A DNA stretch of 32,000 bases. Source: Acidovorax sp. FHTAMBA (GTDB lineage Bacteria; Pseudomonadota; Gammaproteobacteria; Burkholderiales; Burkholderiaceae_C). Position numbers and translations under genes: made by a program. The DNA is taken from positions 985,640-1,017,639 of the forward strand of contig NZ_CP152407.1 in the NCBI RefSeq assembly GCF_038958875.1. Reading direction: 5' to 3'. Positions within the stretch are counted from its first letter, which is position 1. Each line of letters starts with the position of its first letter. This document shows positions 14,860 to 23,437 of the stretch, piece by piece. The notes under the pieces are model-generated. The model had not been told where the DNA came from, searched no databases, and worked only from the letters and a program-made list of their open reading frames with translations.

Positions 14860-15609
14860 ATGGATTCACCCGTGCCGCGCACCAGCGCCATCGCCCCCGC
14901 TCCCAAGAAACCCCCGGCCCGCCCTCGCAGCAAGGCCGTAGCGCCCGTCAGCGCCAACTCGGCAACCACAACACAATCCCCCATTGAAGAACCCACCCGA
15001 CGCCCCCGCGGCCGCCCGCGCAAAACCGCCGAAGAACTCGACGACGGCAACCGCCGCCGCAAGCTCATGGACGGCGCGGCCAAGCTCTTCCGCACCCAGG
15101 GCTTTGCCGCCACCAGCACGCGCGACATTGCTGCGGCGGCAGGCATGCACAGTGGCTCGCCCTTCTACCATTTCGAAAGCAAAAGCGCGCTGCTCTACGC
15201 CGTGATGAGCGAGGGCATGACCATGGCCGCGCACAGCCAGCAGCAGGCACTGGATGCGCTGCCCGCCACGGCCACACTGCGCGAGCAGTTGCACACGCTC
15301 ATCCGCCACCACTTCGAAATCCTGCTCGGCCCCCGCAGCAGCTTCATCCCGGTGATGCTGTACGAGTGGCGCTCGCTCACGCCCGCGCAGCGCAAGGGCA
15401 TTGCCCGCATCAAGGACAGCTACGAGGCCACCTGGATGCCCGTGCTGGAAGCGCTGGCACAGCAGGGCGCGCTGCAGGCCGAGCCCGGTGTGGCGCGGCT
15501 GTTCATCTTTGGGGCGCTCAACTGGGCGGTGCAATGGTTCTCGCCCAAAAAGGGCAAGTCGCTCGACGCGCTCACCGACGAGGCACTCGCCTTGTTCATC
15601 CGTTCATAA
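14860..15609 (+). CDS. TetR/AcrR-family transcriptional regulator heading the carboxylase cluster (AtuR/LiuQ-like by position)
   Basis: 249 aa from MDSPVPRT. Low-complexity basic N-terminus, then HTH RRRKLMDGAAKLFRTQGFAATSTRDIAAAAGMHSGSPFYHFESKSALL. Confidence 0.85.
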   Translation: MDSPVPRTSAIAPAPKKPPARPRSKAVAPVSANSATTTQSPIEEPTRRPRGRPRKTAEELDDGNRRRKLMDGAAKLFRTQGFAATSTRDIAAAAGMHSGSPFYHFESKSALLYAVMSEGMTMAAHSQQQALDALPATATLREQLHTLIRHHFEILLGPRSSFIPVMLYEWRSLTPAQRKGIARIKDSYEATWMPVLEALAQQGALQAEPGVARLFIFGALNWAVQWFSPKKGKSLDALTDEALALFIRS

Positions 15610-15633
15610 CAAGCCCATCAAGGCAGAGTCACC

Positions 15634-16563
15634 ATGGCCCCCACCGCGCGCAACGCCTACCAGTCTGTGTTTGCTCCGGGCCTGTTCCAGGGCCAGGTGG
15701 TGGTGGTCACAGGCGGCGGCTCGGGCATTGGCCGGTGCACGGCACACGAACTGGCACACCTGGGAGCGCATGTGGTGCTGGTCGGGCGCAAGGCTGAAAA
15801 GTTGCTGGCCGTGGCCGAAGAGATCACTGCCGATGGCGGCAGCGTGTCGTGCCAGGTGTGCGACATCCGATCCGAAGAAGGCGTGGTGGCGCTGGTGCAG
15901 CAGATCCTTGCTGCGCAGGGCCGCATCGATGCGCTGGTCAACAACGCGGGCGGGCAGTTCATGTCGCCGCTCGAATCCATCAGCGCCAAGGGCTGGGAGG
16001 CCGTGCTGCACACCAACCTCACCGGCGGCTTTTTGATGGCGCGAGAGTGCTACCGGCAGTGGATGGCGCAGCACGGCGGCTCCATCGTCAACATCGTGGC
16101 CGACATGTGGGGCTCCATGCCGGGCATGGGGCACAGCGGCGCGGCGCGCGCGGGCATGGTCAGCTTCACCGAAACCGCTGCGCTGGAATGGGCGCATAGC
16201 GGTGTGCGCGTGAACGCCGTGGCGCCGGGTTACATCGCCTCCAGCGGCATGGACAACTACCCGCCCGAGGCGGGCGACATGCTGCGTGCCATGCCGCGCA
16301 CGGTGCCGCTCGGGCGCTTTGGCAACGAGGCCGAGGTGTCGGCGGCCATCACCTTTTTGCTCAGCCCGGCAGCCAGCTTCATCAGCGGCACCACGTTGCG
16401 GGTTGACGGCGCGCGGCCCCAGGTGCGCATGGGTTGGCCGCAGCGCCCGCCCGGTGCCACCGCTGCTGCACACCCGGCCGTGCGGCCATTTGGCGGCTTT
16501 CACCGCGCGCAGGTGCCGCAGGTGTTTGCCCCTTCCCATACCCCCAAGACCGAGGCCGCATGA
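15634..16563 (+). CDS. Short-chain dehydrogenase/reductase, PECR/DECR-like (enoyl- or dienoyl-CoA reductase type; AtuB position)
   Basis: 309 aa. VVVVTGGGSGIGR Rossmann motif, NNAGGQF, and GHSGAARAGMVSFTETAALEWA, which resembles the peroxisomal trans-2-enoyl-CoA reductase signature. The stop overlaps the next start (ATGA). Confidence 0.88.
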   Translation: MAPTARNAYQSVFAPGLFQGQVVVVTGGGSGIGRCTAHELAHLGAHVVLVGRKAEKLLAVAEEITADGGSVSCQVCDIRSEEGVVALVQQILAAQGRIDALVNNAGGQFMSPLESISAKGWEAVLHTNLTGGFLMARECYRQWMAQHGGSIVNIVADMWGSMPGMGHSGAARAGMVSFTETAALEWAHSGVRVNAVAPGYIASSGMDNYPPEAGDMLRAMPRTVPLGRFGNEAEVSAAITFLLSPAASFISGTTLRVDGARPQVRMGWPQRPPGATAAAHPAVRPFGGFHRAQVPQVFAPSHTPKTEAA

Positions 16564-18173
16564 CCGCCGTCTTCACTTCCCGATTCAACCCAGGCAGTGC
16601 CGAATCCACCCAGCGCCGCGCAGCGCTGCAAGCCCGCCTTCGTGCTCTGCGCGCGCTGGAAGAGCGTGCCGCCGCCGCCTCGGCCCGGTCGCTGCCCCAG
16701 TTTGAAAAACGCGGCCAGCTGCTGCCGCGCCAGCGTGTGGCGCTGCTGCTGGATGCGGGTGCGCCCTGGCTGCCGCTGTGCACGCTGGCGGGCTACCTGC
16801 AGGATGTGAAAGACCCCGAGAAGTCCGTGCCCGGTGGCGGCATGGTTGCGGGCATCGGCTTTGTCAGCGGCGTGCGCTGCATGGTGGTGGCCAGCGATTC
16901 AGGCATCGAAGCCGGCGCCATCCAGCCCATGGGCCTGGAAAAGATCTTGCGCGTGCAGGAAATCGCGCTGCAAAACCGCTTGCCGTTCATCCACCTGGTG
17001 GAGAGCGCGGGTGCCAACCTCATGCGCTACCGGGTGGAGGGCTTCGTGCACGGCGGCACGCTGTTCCGCAACCTCGCGCGGCTGTCGGCGGCGGGCATTC
17101 CGGTCGTCACCGTGCAGCACGGCTCGGGCACCGCAGGCGGCGCCTACATGCCCGGCTTGTCGGATGTGGTCATCATGGTGCAGGGCCGCTCGCGCGCCTT
17201 TTTGGCCGGGCCGCCGCTGCTCATGGCTGCGACGGGTGAGATTGCGACGGAAGAAGAACTGGGCGGGGCCGAGATGCACGCCGCCGTCTCGGGCCTGGGT
17301 GAATACCTGGCGCAGGACGACCGTGAGGCGATCGGCTTGGCGCGCGATGTGGTGGCGCAGCTGGGGTGGAACATGCCCCGGCGACCCAGCGCACCTGGGC
17401 CCACCTTGCCCGCAGACGATCTCCTGTCCCTGATGTCTGCCGACCTGCGCCAGCCTGTGGACATGCGCGAGGTGATCGCGCGGCTGGTGGATGGGTCTGA
17501 GCTGCTCGAGTTCAAAGCCCGCTACGGCATGGCCACGCTCTGCGCGCAGGGCCGCATCGGCGGCCATGCCGTGGGCTTCATCAGCAACAACGGCCCTATC
17601 GACGTGGCGGGCGCCAACAAGGCCACGCACTTCATCCAGTGGATGTGCCAGCTGGGCCACCCCATCATCTACCTGCAGAACACCACGGGCTACATGGTGG
17701 GCAAGGACAGCGAGCAGGGCGGCATGATCAAGCACGGCAGCAAGATGATCCAGGCCGTGACCAACGCCACCGTGCCGCAGATCACCATCCAGTGCGGCGC
17801 CAGCTTTGGTGCGGGCAACTACGGCATGTGCGGGCGGGGCTATGCGCCGCGCTTCCTGTTCAGCTGGCCCGGTGCCAAGACAGCGGTGATGGGCGGCGAG
17901 CAGGCTGCGCGCACCATGCAGATCGTGACCGAGGCGGCGCTGGCGCGCAAAGGCATCACGCCCGACCCGGCCGAATCGCAGGCCCAATTCGACAAGATCG
18001 TCGCCATGTTCGAGGCCCAGGCCGATGCGTTCTACACCAGCGGCCTGCTGCTGGACGACGGCGTGATTGACCCGCGCGACACGCGCGCCGTGCTGGCGTT
18101 TTGCCTGGATACCTGTGCCGAGGCGCAGGCGCGCACGCTGCGGCCCCTGAGCTTTGGCGTGGCGCGGATGTAA
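16560..18173 (+). CDS. Acyl-CoA carboxylase carboxyltransferase (beta) subunit, MccB/AtuC type
   Basis: 537 aa from MTAVFTSRFNP. GGMVAGIGFVSGVRCMVVASDSGIEAGAI...LPFIHLVESAGANL and GASFGAGNYGMCGRGY are typical of methylcrotonyl/geranyl-CoA carboxylase beta subunits. ATGA overlap with the SDR gene. Confidence 0.92.
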   Translation: MTAVFTSRFNPGSAESTQRRAALQARLRALRALEERAAAASARSLPQFEKRGQLLPRQRVALLLDAGAPWLPLCTLAGYLQDVKDPEKSVPGGGMVAGIGFVSGVRCMVVASDSGIEAGAIQPMGLEKILRVQEIALQNRLPFIHLVESAGANLMRYRVEGFVHGGTLFRNLARLSAAGIPVVTVQHGSGTAGGAYMPGLSDVVIMVQGRSRAFLAGPPLLMAATGEIATEEELGGAEMHAAVSGLGEYLAQDDREAIGLARDVVAQLGWNMPRRPSAPGPTLPADDLLSLMSADLRQPVDMREVIARLVDGSELLEFKARYGMATLCAQGRIGGHAVGFISNNGPIDVAGANKATHFIQWMCQLGHPIIYLQNTTGYMVGKDSEQGGMIKHGSKMIQAVTNATVPQITIQCGASFGAGNYGMCGRGYAPRFLFSWPGAKTAVMGGEQAARTMQIVTEAALARKGITPDPAESQAQFDKIVAMFEAQADAFYTSGLLLDDGVIDPRDTRAVLAFCLDTCAEAQARTLRPLSFGVARM

Positions 18174-18196
18174 GCGCTTCGCACGCAATCTCCCCG

Positions 18197-19326
18197 ATGG
18201 CCGAGCCTCTCAAATACCTGCTGAATGACACCGTGCCCCCGCGCATCGCGGCCATGGTGCGCCGTGCGTGGCGCAAGTTCGACACCACCGCGTTTCTGCA
18301 GCAAGTACAGCCCGGCTACGAATCGCTGGAGCTGATGGCGCGCGGCCAGCGCATTGCGCACGCCCTGCAGGCCCACCTGCCGCAAGACGTGCCGCGTGCG
18401 CTGGGCGTGCTGGTCGATTCGATGGACCCGTCGATGGGCATCGATGCCGCCGGTGAGCCCGATGCGGGTGACCGCCCCTACAGCGCCTTCCTGTACCTGC
18501 CCCACAGCATCTACATCGGCACACATGGCCTGCCGCATTTCGAGGCGGCCATGGCCGCGCAGCACGCACTCACCCAGCGCTTCACGGCCGAGTTCAGCAT
18601 CCGCCCCTACCTGCTGCACCACCAGGGCGCCACGCTCGCGCGGCTGCGTGACTGGGCGCAGGACGACAACGCCCATGTGCGCCGCCTGGTGAGCGAAGGC
18701 ACGCGGCCCCGCCTGCCCTGGGCGCCGCGTTTGCCTGCATTCCAGAACAACCCGCAGCTGGCCCTGCCGTTGCTCGATGCGCTCAAGGACGACCCATCGT
18801 CTTACGTGCGCCGCTCCGTGGCCAACCACCTGGGCGACATCGCCAAGGACCACCCCGAGCTGGCCGTGGGCCCGCGCGCACCTGGCTGCAGGGCGCGCCC
18901 GCCCCGCGCGAGGCTCTGGTGCGCCACGGCCTGCGTTTTCTCATCAAACGCAGCGACGCTGGCGCGCTCGATGCCTTGGGCGTGGGTCACGCCGTGGCGC
19001 TGGACGTGCGGGCCGCGCGCGTGCTGCCCGCCCGCGCACGCATCGGCGACAAGGTGCGCATCGAGGTCGAACTGCACAACCCCACGCCGCAGCCGCAGCG
19101 CGTGCTGGCCGACCTGAAGGTGCACTACGTCAAGGCCCACGGCGGCGCGGCGCCCAAGGTGTTCAAGCTGCAGACGCTGGACATACCGCCCGGCGCCACC
19201 GTAGCGGTGGGCAAGACGCTGTCGCTGCAGCAGATGACCACACGCACCCACTACCCCGGCGCGCACCAGGTGGAGCTGGTGCTCAACGGGCGGCCACAGC
19301 CGCTGGGGCAGTTTCAGCTTTCGTGA
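18197..19326 (+). pseudogene. DNA alkylation repair (AlkD-like HEAT-repeat) protein gene, interrupted by a frameshift near 18862-18882
   Basis: The N-terminal part MAEPLKYLLNDT...SYVRRSVANHLGDIAKDHPELA is in the 18101 frame. The family continuation (TWLQGAPAPREALVRHGLRFLIKRSDAGALDALGV...GAHQVELVLNGRPQPLGQFQLS) is in the 18919 frame. This is consistent with a 1-nt deletion or a sequencing error in the run gtgggcccgcgcgcacc. Confidence 0.7.
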
Positions 19327-19379
19327 TCGAAGTTTGCAGGCACACAAACGTACAAACGCAACAGCAGGAGACAAGCACC

Positions 19380-20576
19380 ATGCAGTTCACGCACGAGCAC
19401 CGCGAGATCCAGAAGACCCTCAAGCGCTTTATCGACGAAGAGATCAACCCCCATGTGGACGAGTGGGAGGCGGCCGAGATCTTCCCCGCGCACGAGGTCT
19501 TCAAGAAGATGGGCAACCTGGGACTGCTGGGCCTGTGCAAGCCCGAGGAATATGGCGGGCAGGGACTTGACTATTCGTACAGCCTGGCCATGGCCGAAGC
19601 GCTGGGCCACGTCTACTGCGGCGGCGTGCCCATGGCCATTGGCGTGCAGACCGACATGTGCACCCCGGCGCTGGCGCGCTACGGCAGCGAAGAACTCAAG
19701 CGCAACTTTCTCGCCCCCGCCATTGCGGGCGACATGGTGGGCTGCATTGGTGTGAGCGAGCCTGCGGCGGGCAGCGATGTGTCGGGCATCAAAAGCGTGG
19801 CGCGCAAGGACGGCGACGACTATGTGATCACCGGCCAGAAGATGTGGATCACCAACAGCCTGCAGGCGGACTGGATGTGCATGCTGGTCAACACGGGCGA
19901 AGGCCAGAGCGGAGCGGGCGGCAATCCTCACAAAAACAAGAGCCTGGTGATGGTGCCCATGCGCGACGGGCCCGGCGGCAAGCTCACCAAGGGCATCGAG
20001 GTGGCGCAAAAGATCCGCAAGATCGGCATGCACAGCAGCGACACCGGCCTGATCTACTTTGACGAGGTGCGCGTTCCGCAGCGCTACCGCATCGGTGCCG
20101 AGGGGCAGGGCTTCATCTACCAGATGCAGCAGTTCCAGGAAGAGCGCCTGTGGTGCGCCGCCAGCACGCTCGAATCGCTGACCAACTGCATCCAGTGGAC
20201 CATCGACTACGCGCAGGAGCGCAAGCTGTTTGGCGCCACGCTGGCCGACCAGCAGTGGGTGCAGTTCAAGCTGGCCGAACTCAAGACCGAGGTCGAAGCG
20301 CTGCGTGCACTCACCTACCGCGCCTGCGACCTGTACGTGAACGGGCAGGACGTGCTGGAGCTGGCCAGCATGGCCAAGCTCAAGGCTGGCCGCCTGAACC
20401 GCGAGGTGCCCGACACCTGCCTGCAGTTCTGGGGCGGCATGGGCTTCACGCTGGAGAACAAGGTCTCGCGCATGTACCGCGACGGGCGGCTGGCGTCGAT
20501 TGGTGGGGGTGCCGATGAAGTCATGCTCGGCATCCTGTCCAAGCTCATGGGCATCGCCAAGCGGCCCGTGCACTGA
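19380..20576 (+). CDS. Acyl-CoA dehydrogenase (AtuD/citronellyl-CoA dehydrogenase-like)
   Basis: 398 aa from MQFTHEHREIQKTLKRFIDEEINPHVDEWEAAEIFP. AGGAG at 19366-19370. ACAD motifs (GVSEPAAGSDVSG, FWGGMGFTLENKVSRMYRDGRLASIGGGADEVM). Confidence 0.92.
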   Translation: MQFTHEHREIQKTLKRFIDEEINPHVDEWEAAEIFPAHEVFKKMGNLGLLGLCKPEEYGGQGLDYSYSLAMAEALGHVYCGGVPMAIGVQTDMCTPALARYGSEELKRNFLAPAIAGDMVGCIGVSEPAAGSDVSGIKSVARKDGDDYVITGQKMWITNSLQADWMCMLVNTGEGQSGAGGNPHKNKSLVMVPMRDGPGGKLTKGIEVAQKIRKIGMHSSDTGLIYFDEVRVPQRYRIGAEGQGFIYQMQQFQEERLWCAASTLESLTNCIQWTIDYAQERKLFGATLADQQWVQFKLAELKTEVEALRALTYRACDLYVNGQDVLELASMAKLKAGRLNREVPDTCLQFWGGMGFTLENKVSRMYRDGRLASIGGGADEVMLGILSKLMGIAKRPVH

Positions 20577-20577
20577 C

Positions 20578-21387
20578 ATGGCTGAATTGCTGTTGATCGA
20601 CCGCGCGCCACTGGCCAGCGGCTGTGTGGAAACCTGGACGCTCAACGACCCGGCCAGCCGCAATGCGCTGTCCGAGGCGATGGTGGGCGGTTTGATAGCC
20701 GCGTGTGAGCGGGCTGCAACCGATGCCGACCTGCGCGGCGTGGTGCTGCGCGGCGCGGGTGGTCACTTTTGCGCGGGGGGCAGCCTGGGCGGCTTTGCCA
20801 AGACCATTGGCCAGCCCCTGGCCGCCGGCGAAGCCGACCCGCTGGTTCCACTGAACCGCCGCTTTGGCGCGTTGCTGCAGGCCCTGTGCGCGCTGCCGCA
20901 GTGGCTCATCGTGGCGGTGGGGGGGGCGGCCATGGGTGGCGGCTTTGGTCTGGTGTGCTGCGCCGACCATGTGCTGGCCCACACCAGCGCGCAGTTCGCC
21001 ACGCCCGAGGTCACGCTGGGCATCGTGCCTGCGCAGATCGCGCCCTTTGTGGTGCGGCGCCTTGGCCCGTCTGCTGCGCGGCGGTGTTTGCTGACCGGCG
21101 AGCGCTGGGATGCCGCTGCCGCCCAGCGCTTGGGTCTGGTCGATGACCTGGTGGAGGGCGACATGAATGCCGCTGTGCAGGCAGCCATTTCACGCCACGC
21201 TGCCGCAGCGCCGCAGGCCGTGGCCGCTACCAAACGTTTTTTGCTGGCCCAAGCCGAAACGCCGTTGCCCGCGCTGCTGGACGAAGCGGCAATTGCTTTT
21301 TCGCAAGCGCTGCGTGGGCCCGAGGCGCCGCAAGGGCTGGCGGCGTTTGCTGCGCGCAAGGCGCCGCCCTGGAGTGCGAAGCCATGA
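20578..21387 (+). CDS. Enoyl-CoA hydratase family protein (AtuE/LiuC position: glutaconyl-CoA-type hydratase)
   Basis: 269 aa from MAELLLIDRAP. Crotonase motif LIVAVGGAAMGGGFGLVCCADHVLA. It starts 1 nt after the preceding stop. Confidence 0.9.
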   Translation: MAELLLIDRAPLASGCVETWTLNDPASRNALSEAMVGGLIAACERAATDADLRGVVLRGAGGHFCAGGSLGGFAKTIGQPLAAGEADPLVPLNRRFGALLQALCALPQWLIVAVGGAAMGGGFGLVCCADHVLAHTSAQFATPEVTLGIVPAQIAPFVVRRLGPSAARRCLLTGERWDAAAAQRLGLVDDLVEGDMNAAVQAAISRHAAAAPQAVAATKRFLLAQAETPLPALLDEAAIAFSQALRGPEAPQGLAAFAARKAPPWSAKP

Positions 21388-21500
21388 AAAAAATCCTCAT
21401 CGCCAATCGCGGCGTTCATGCCGCAGGCATGGCGAAGCAAATTGCCCGCGCACGCGAAGCGTGCAGGCGGGCGATGGAGCCGCGAGGGCACAGCCTATGA
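21384..21500 (+). other. 38-codon mini-ORF created by a partial duplication of the alpha-subunit 5' end
   Basis: Translation MKKILIANRGVHAAGMAKQIARAREACRRAMEPRGHSL. Its ATG overlaps the hydratase stop (ATGA at 21384-21387) and its TGA overlaps the alpha-subunit ATG (ATGA at 21497-21500). Its first 31 nt equal 21497-21527 apart from one mismatch. Confidence 0.3.
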
Positions 21501-23437
21501 AAAAGATCCTCATCGCCAATCGCGGCGAAATCGCCCGCCGGGTGATCCACACCGCCCACCGCATGGGCATCGAAACCGTCGCCGTCTATTCCGACCCCGA
21601 TGCCAACGCTCTGCACGTACGCGAAGCCACTCAGGCCGTGGCCTTGGGCGGTGCTGCCAGTGCTGACACCTATCTGCGCACCGACAAGCTGCTGGCCGCC
21701 GCCCGAGCCACCGGCGCCGATGCCGTGCACCCCGGCTATGGCTTCCTCAGCGAGAACGCTGACTTTGCCCAGGCAGTGGTCGATGCGGGCCTGACCTGGA
21801 TCGGCCCGCCGCCCGACGCCATCCGCGCGCTGGGCAGCAAGGCTGGGGCCAAGGCGTTGGCCCAGTCGCAGGACGTGCCCTGCCTGCCCGGCTATGCGGG
21901 CGACGACCAGAGCGACGAGCGCTTTGCCGCCGAGGCTGCGCGCATCGGCACGCCCCTCATGGTCAAGGCCGTGGCGGGTGGGGGAGGGCGTGGTATGCGC
22001 CTGGTCACCGACCTGGCGCAGTTGCCCGCTGCACTGGCCAGCGCACGTTCGGAGGCGCTGGCGGGTTTTGGCTGTAGCGACCTGCTCATCGAACGCGCAC
22101 TGCTGCAGCCGCGCCATGTGGAGGTGCAGATCTTTGCCGACGCTCACGGCGCGTGCATCCACCTGGGCGAGCGCGATTGCTCGGTACAGCGCCGCCACCA
22201 GAAGATCATCGAAGAGTCCCCCAGCCCCGCCGTGGACGCCGCGCTGCGCGAGCGCATGGGCACCTGCGCCGTGGCGCTGGCACAGGCCGCTGGCTATGTG
22301 GGTGCGGGCACGGTGGAATTCCTTCTGGATGGGGCTGAGTTCTTCTTGATGGAGATGAACACCCGCCTGCAAGTGGAGCACCCGGTGACCGAAGCGCTCA
22401 CGGGGCTGGACCTGGTGGAATGGCAAATCCGCGTGGCGCGGGGTGGGCCGCTGCCGCTCACGCAAGATCAGGTGCATCTGCAAGGCCACGCCATCGAAGT
22501 GCGCCTGTGTGCTGAAGACGCGCACTTCCGCCCCCACACCGGCCGTGTGCTGCAGTTCAGCGCGCCGCCCGCCACCGCGTTCGAACGGGCCGCGCCGGGC
22601 GCGCTGCGCTTTGACCATGCGCTGGAGGAGGGCGCCGAGGTCACGCCTCACTACGACGCCATGCTGGGCAAGCTCATCGTGCATGCCCCCACACGGGCGG
22701 AGGCCATTGCCGCGCTGGTGCGTGCGCTGCACAGCACCCGCGTGCTGGGCCTGCCCACCAACCGTGCGTTTCTGGCGGCGTGTCTGCAGCACCCCGTGTT
22801 TGCCAGTGGACAAGCGCTGGTGCCGTTCCTGGCGGAGCACGCTGCTGGTCTGCAGGATTTGCTATTAAATGAAGAGCTGTCAGCGCTTATTCCGCCTGCG
22901 CTAGAGGCCATTTTTGCTTCAAATCCGGCATCGAATCTGCCTTGTTCCATGACCCGACCTCTGCGCCTGCGCCACCAGGGCGAGGTGCACGCCGTCGCTA
23001 TGCGCGAGCTCAGCGGAGGGCGGCTGCAGGTTGAGCACGCCGGGGTTGAGCCCTCCAGCTTCACGCTGCAACTGCCCCAGCGTGGCGTGCATTACGTTGC
23101 GGTGGGGCCATTGCGCTGGCACTGGCAAACCGGCAGCGTGGACGGCTGGGTGGACGACGCATCGTGGGAGCCCGCTGCACGCACCGGCGCCGCCGGTGGC
23201 GCTACCGAGCTGCGCGCACCCTTCAACGGCAAGGTGGTCGCGCTGCCCGTGGCCACAGGCCAGGTGCTCGCGGCGGGCGACACGGTGGTGGTCATCGAAT
23301 CCATGAAGCTCGAACACAGCCTGGCCTGCCGCGCCGCCGCCACCGTGGCCGAACTGCTGGTGGCGCCCGGTCAGCAGGTGTCGCCCGGCCAGGTGCTGGC
23401 CCGCTTTGCACCCGCCACGCAAGGAGCGCCCGCATGA
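21497..23437 (+). CDS. Acyl-CoA carboxylase alpha subunit (biotin carboxylase + biotin carboxyl carrier domain), MccA/AtuF type
   Basis: 646 aa. MKKILIANRGEIARRVIHTAHRMGIETVAVYSDPD, ATP-grasp PLMVKAVAGGGGRGMR, EMNTRLQVEHPVTE, and a C-terminal biotinylation region VVIESMKLEH. Confidence 0.93.
   Translation: MKKILIANRGEIARRVIHTAHRMGIETVAVYSDPDANALHVREATQAVALGGAASADTYLRTDKLLAAARATGADAVHPGYGFLSENADFAQAVVDAGLTWIGPPPDAIRALGSKAGAKALAQSQDVPCLPGYAGDDQSDERFAAEAARIGTPLMVKAVAGGGGRGMRLVTDLAQLPAALASARSEALAGFGCSDLLIERALLQPRHVEVQIFADAHGACIHLGERDCSVQRRHQKIIEESPSPAVDAALRERMGTCAVALAQAAGYVGAGTVEFLLDGAEFFLMEMNTRLQVEHPVTEALTGLDLVEWQIRVARGGPLPLTQDQVHLQGHAIEVRLCAEDAHFRPHTGRVLQFSAPPATAFERAAPGALRFDHALEEGAEVTPHYDAMLGKLIVHAPTRAEAIAALVRALHSTRVLGLPTNRAFLAACLQHPVFASGQALVPFLAEHAAGLQDLLLNEELSALIPPALEAIFASNPASNLPCSMTRPLRLRHQGEVHAVAMRELSGGRLQVEHAGVEPSSFTLQLPQRGVHYVAVGPLRWHWQTGSVDGWVDDASWEPAARTGAAGGATELRAPFNGKVVALPVATGQVLAAGDTVVVIESMKLEHSLACRAAATVAELLVAPGQQVSPGQVLARFAPATQGAPA
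22855..22926. repeat. AT-rich dyad repeat, copy D (72 bp, inside the alpha-subunit CDS, in frame)
   Basis: ggatttgctattaaatgaagagctgtcagcgcttattccgcctgcgctagaggccatttttgcttcaaatcc. Perfect 7-bp terminal inverted repeats ggatttg / caaatcc. Exactly 24 codons. Confidence 0.8.

Noticed and set aside
13960-14941. ORFs of 178, 150 and 262 aa (and minus-strand ones) across the big palindrome.
   Set aside because: They have extreme Arg/Ala/Pro composition. They mirror each other on both strands because of the palindrome, and they have no start context. They are judged to be translated repeat DNA.
20915-20930. G8 homopolymer in the hydratase gene (and C8 at 27446-27453 in the FadB-type gene) as phase-variation tracts.
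   Set aside because: They encode Gly-rich motifs typical of the crotonase and FadB folds, are in frame, and are unremarkable at this G+C content.
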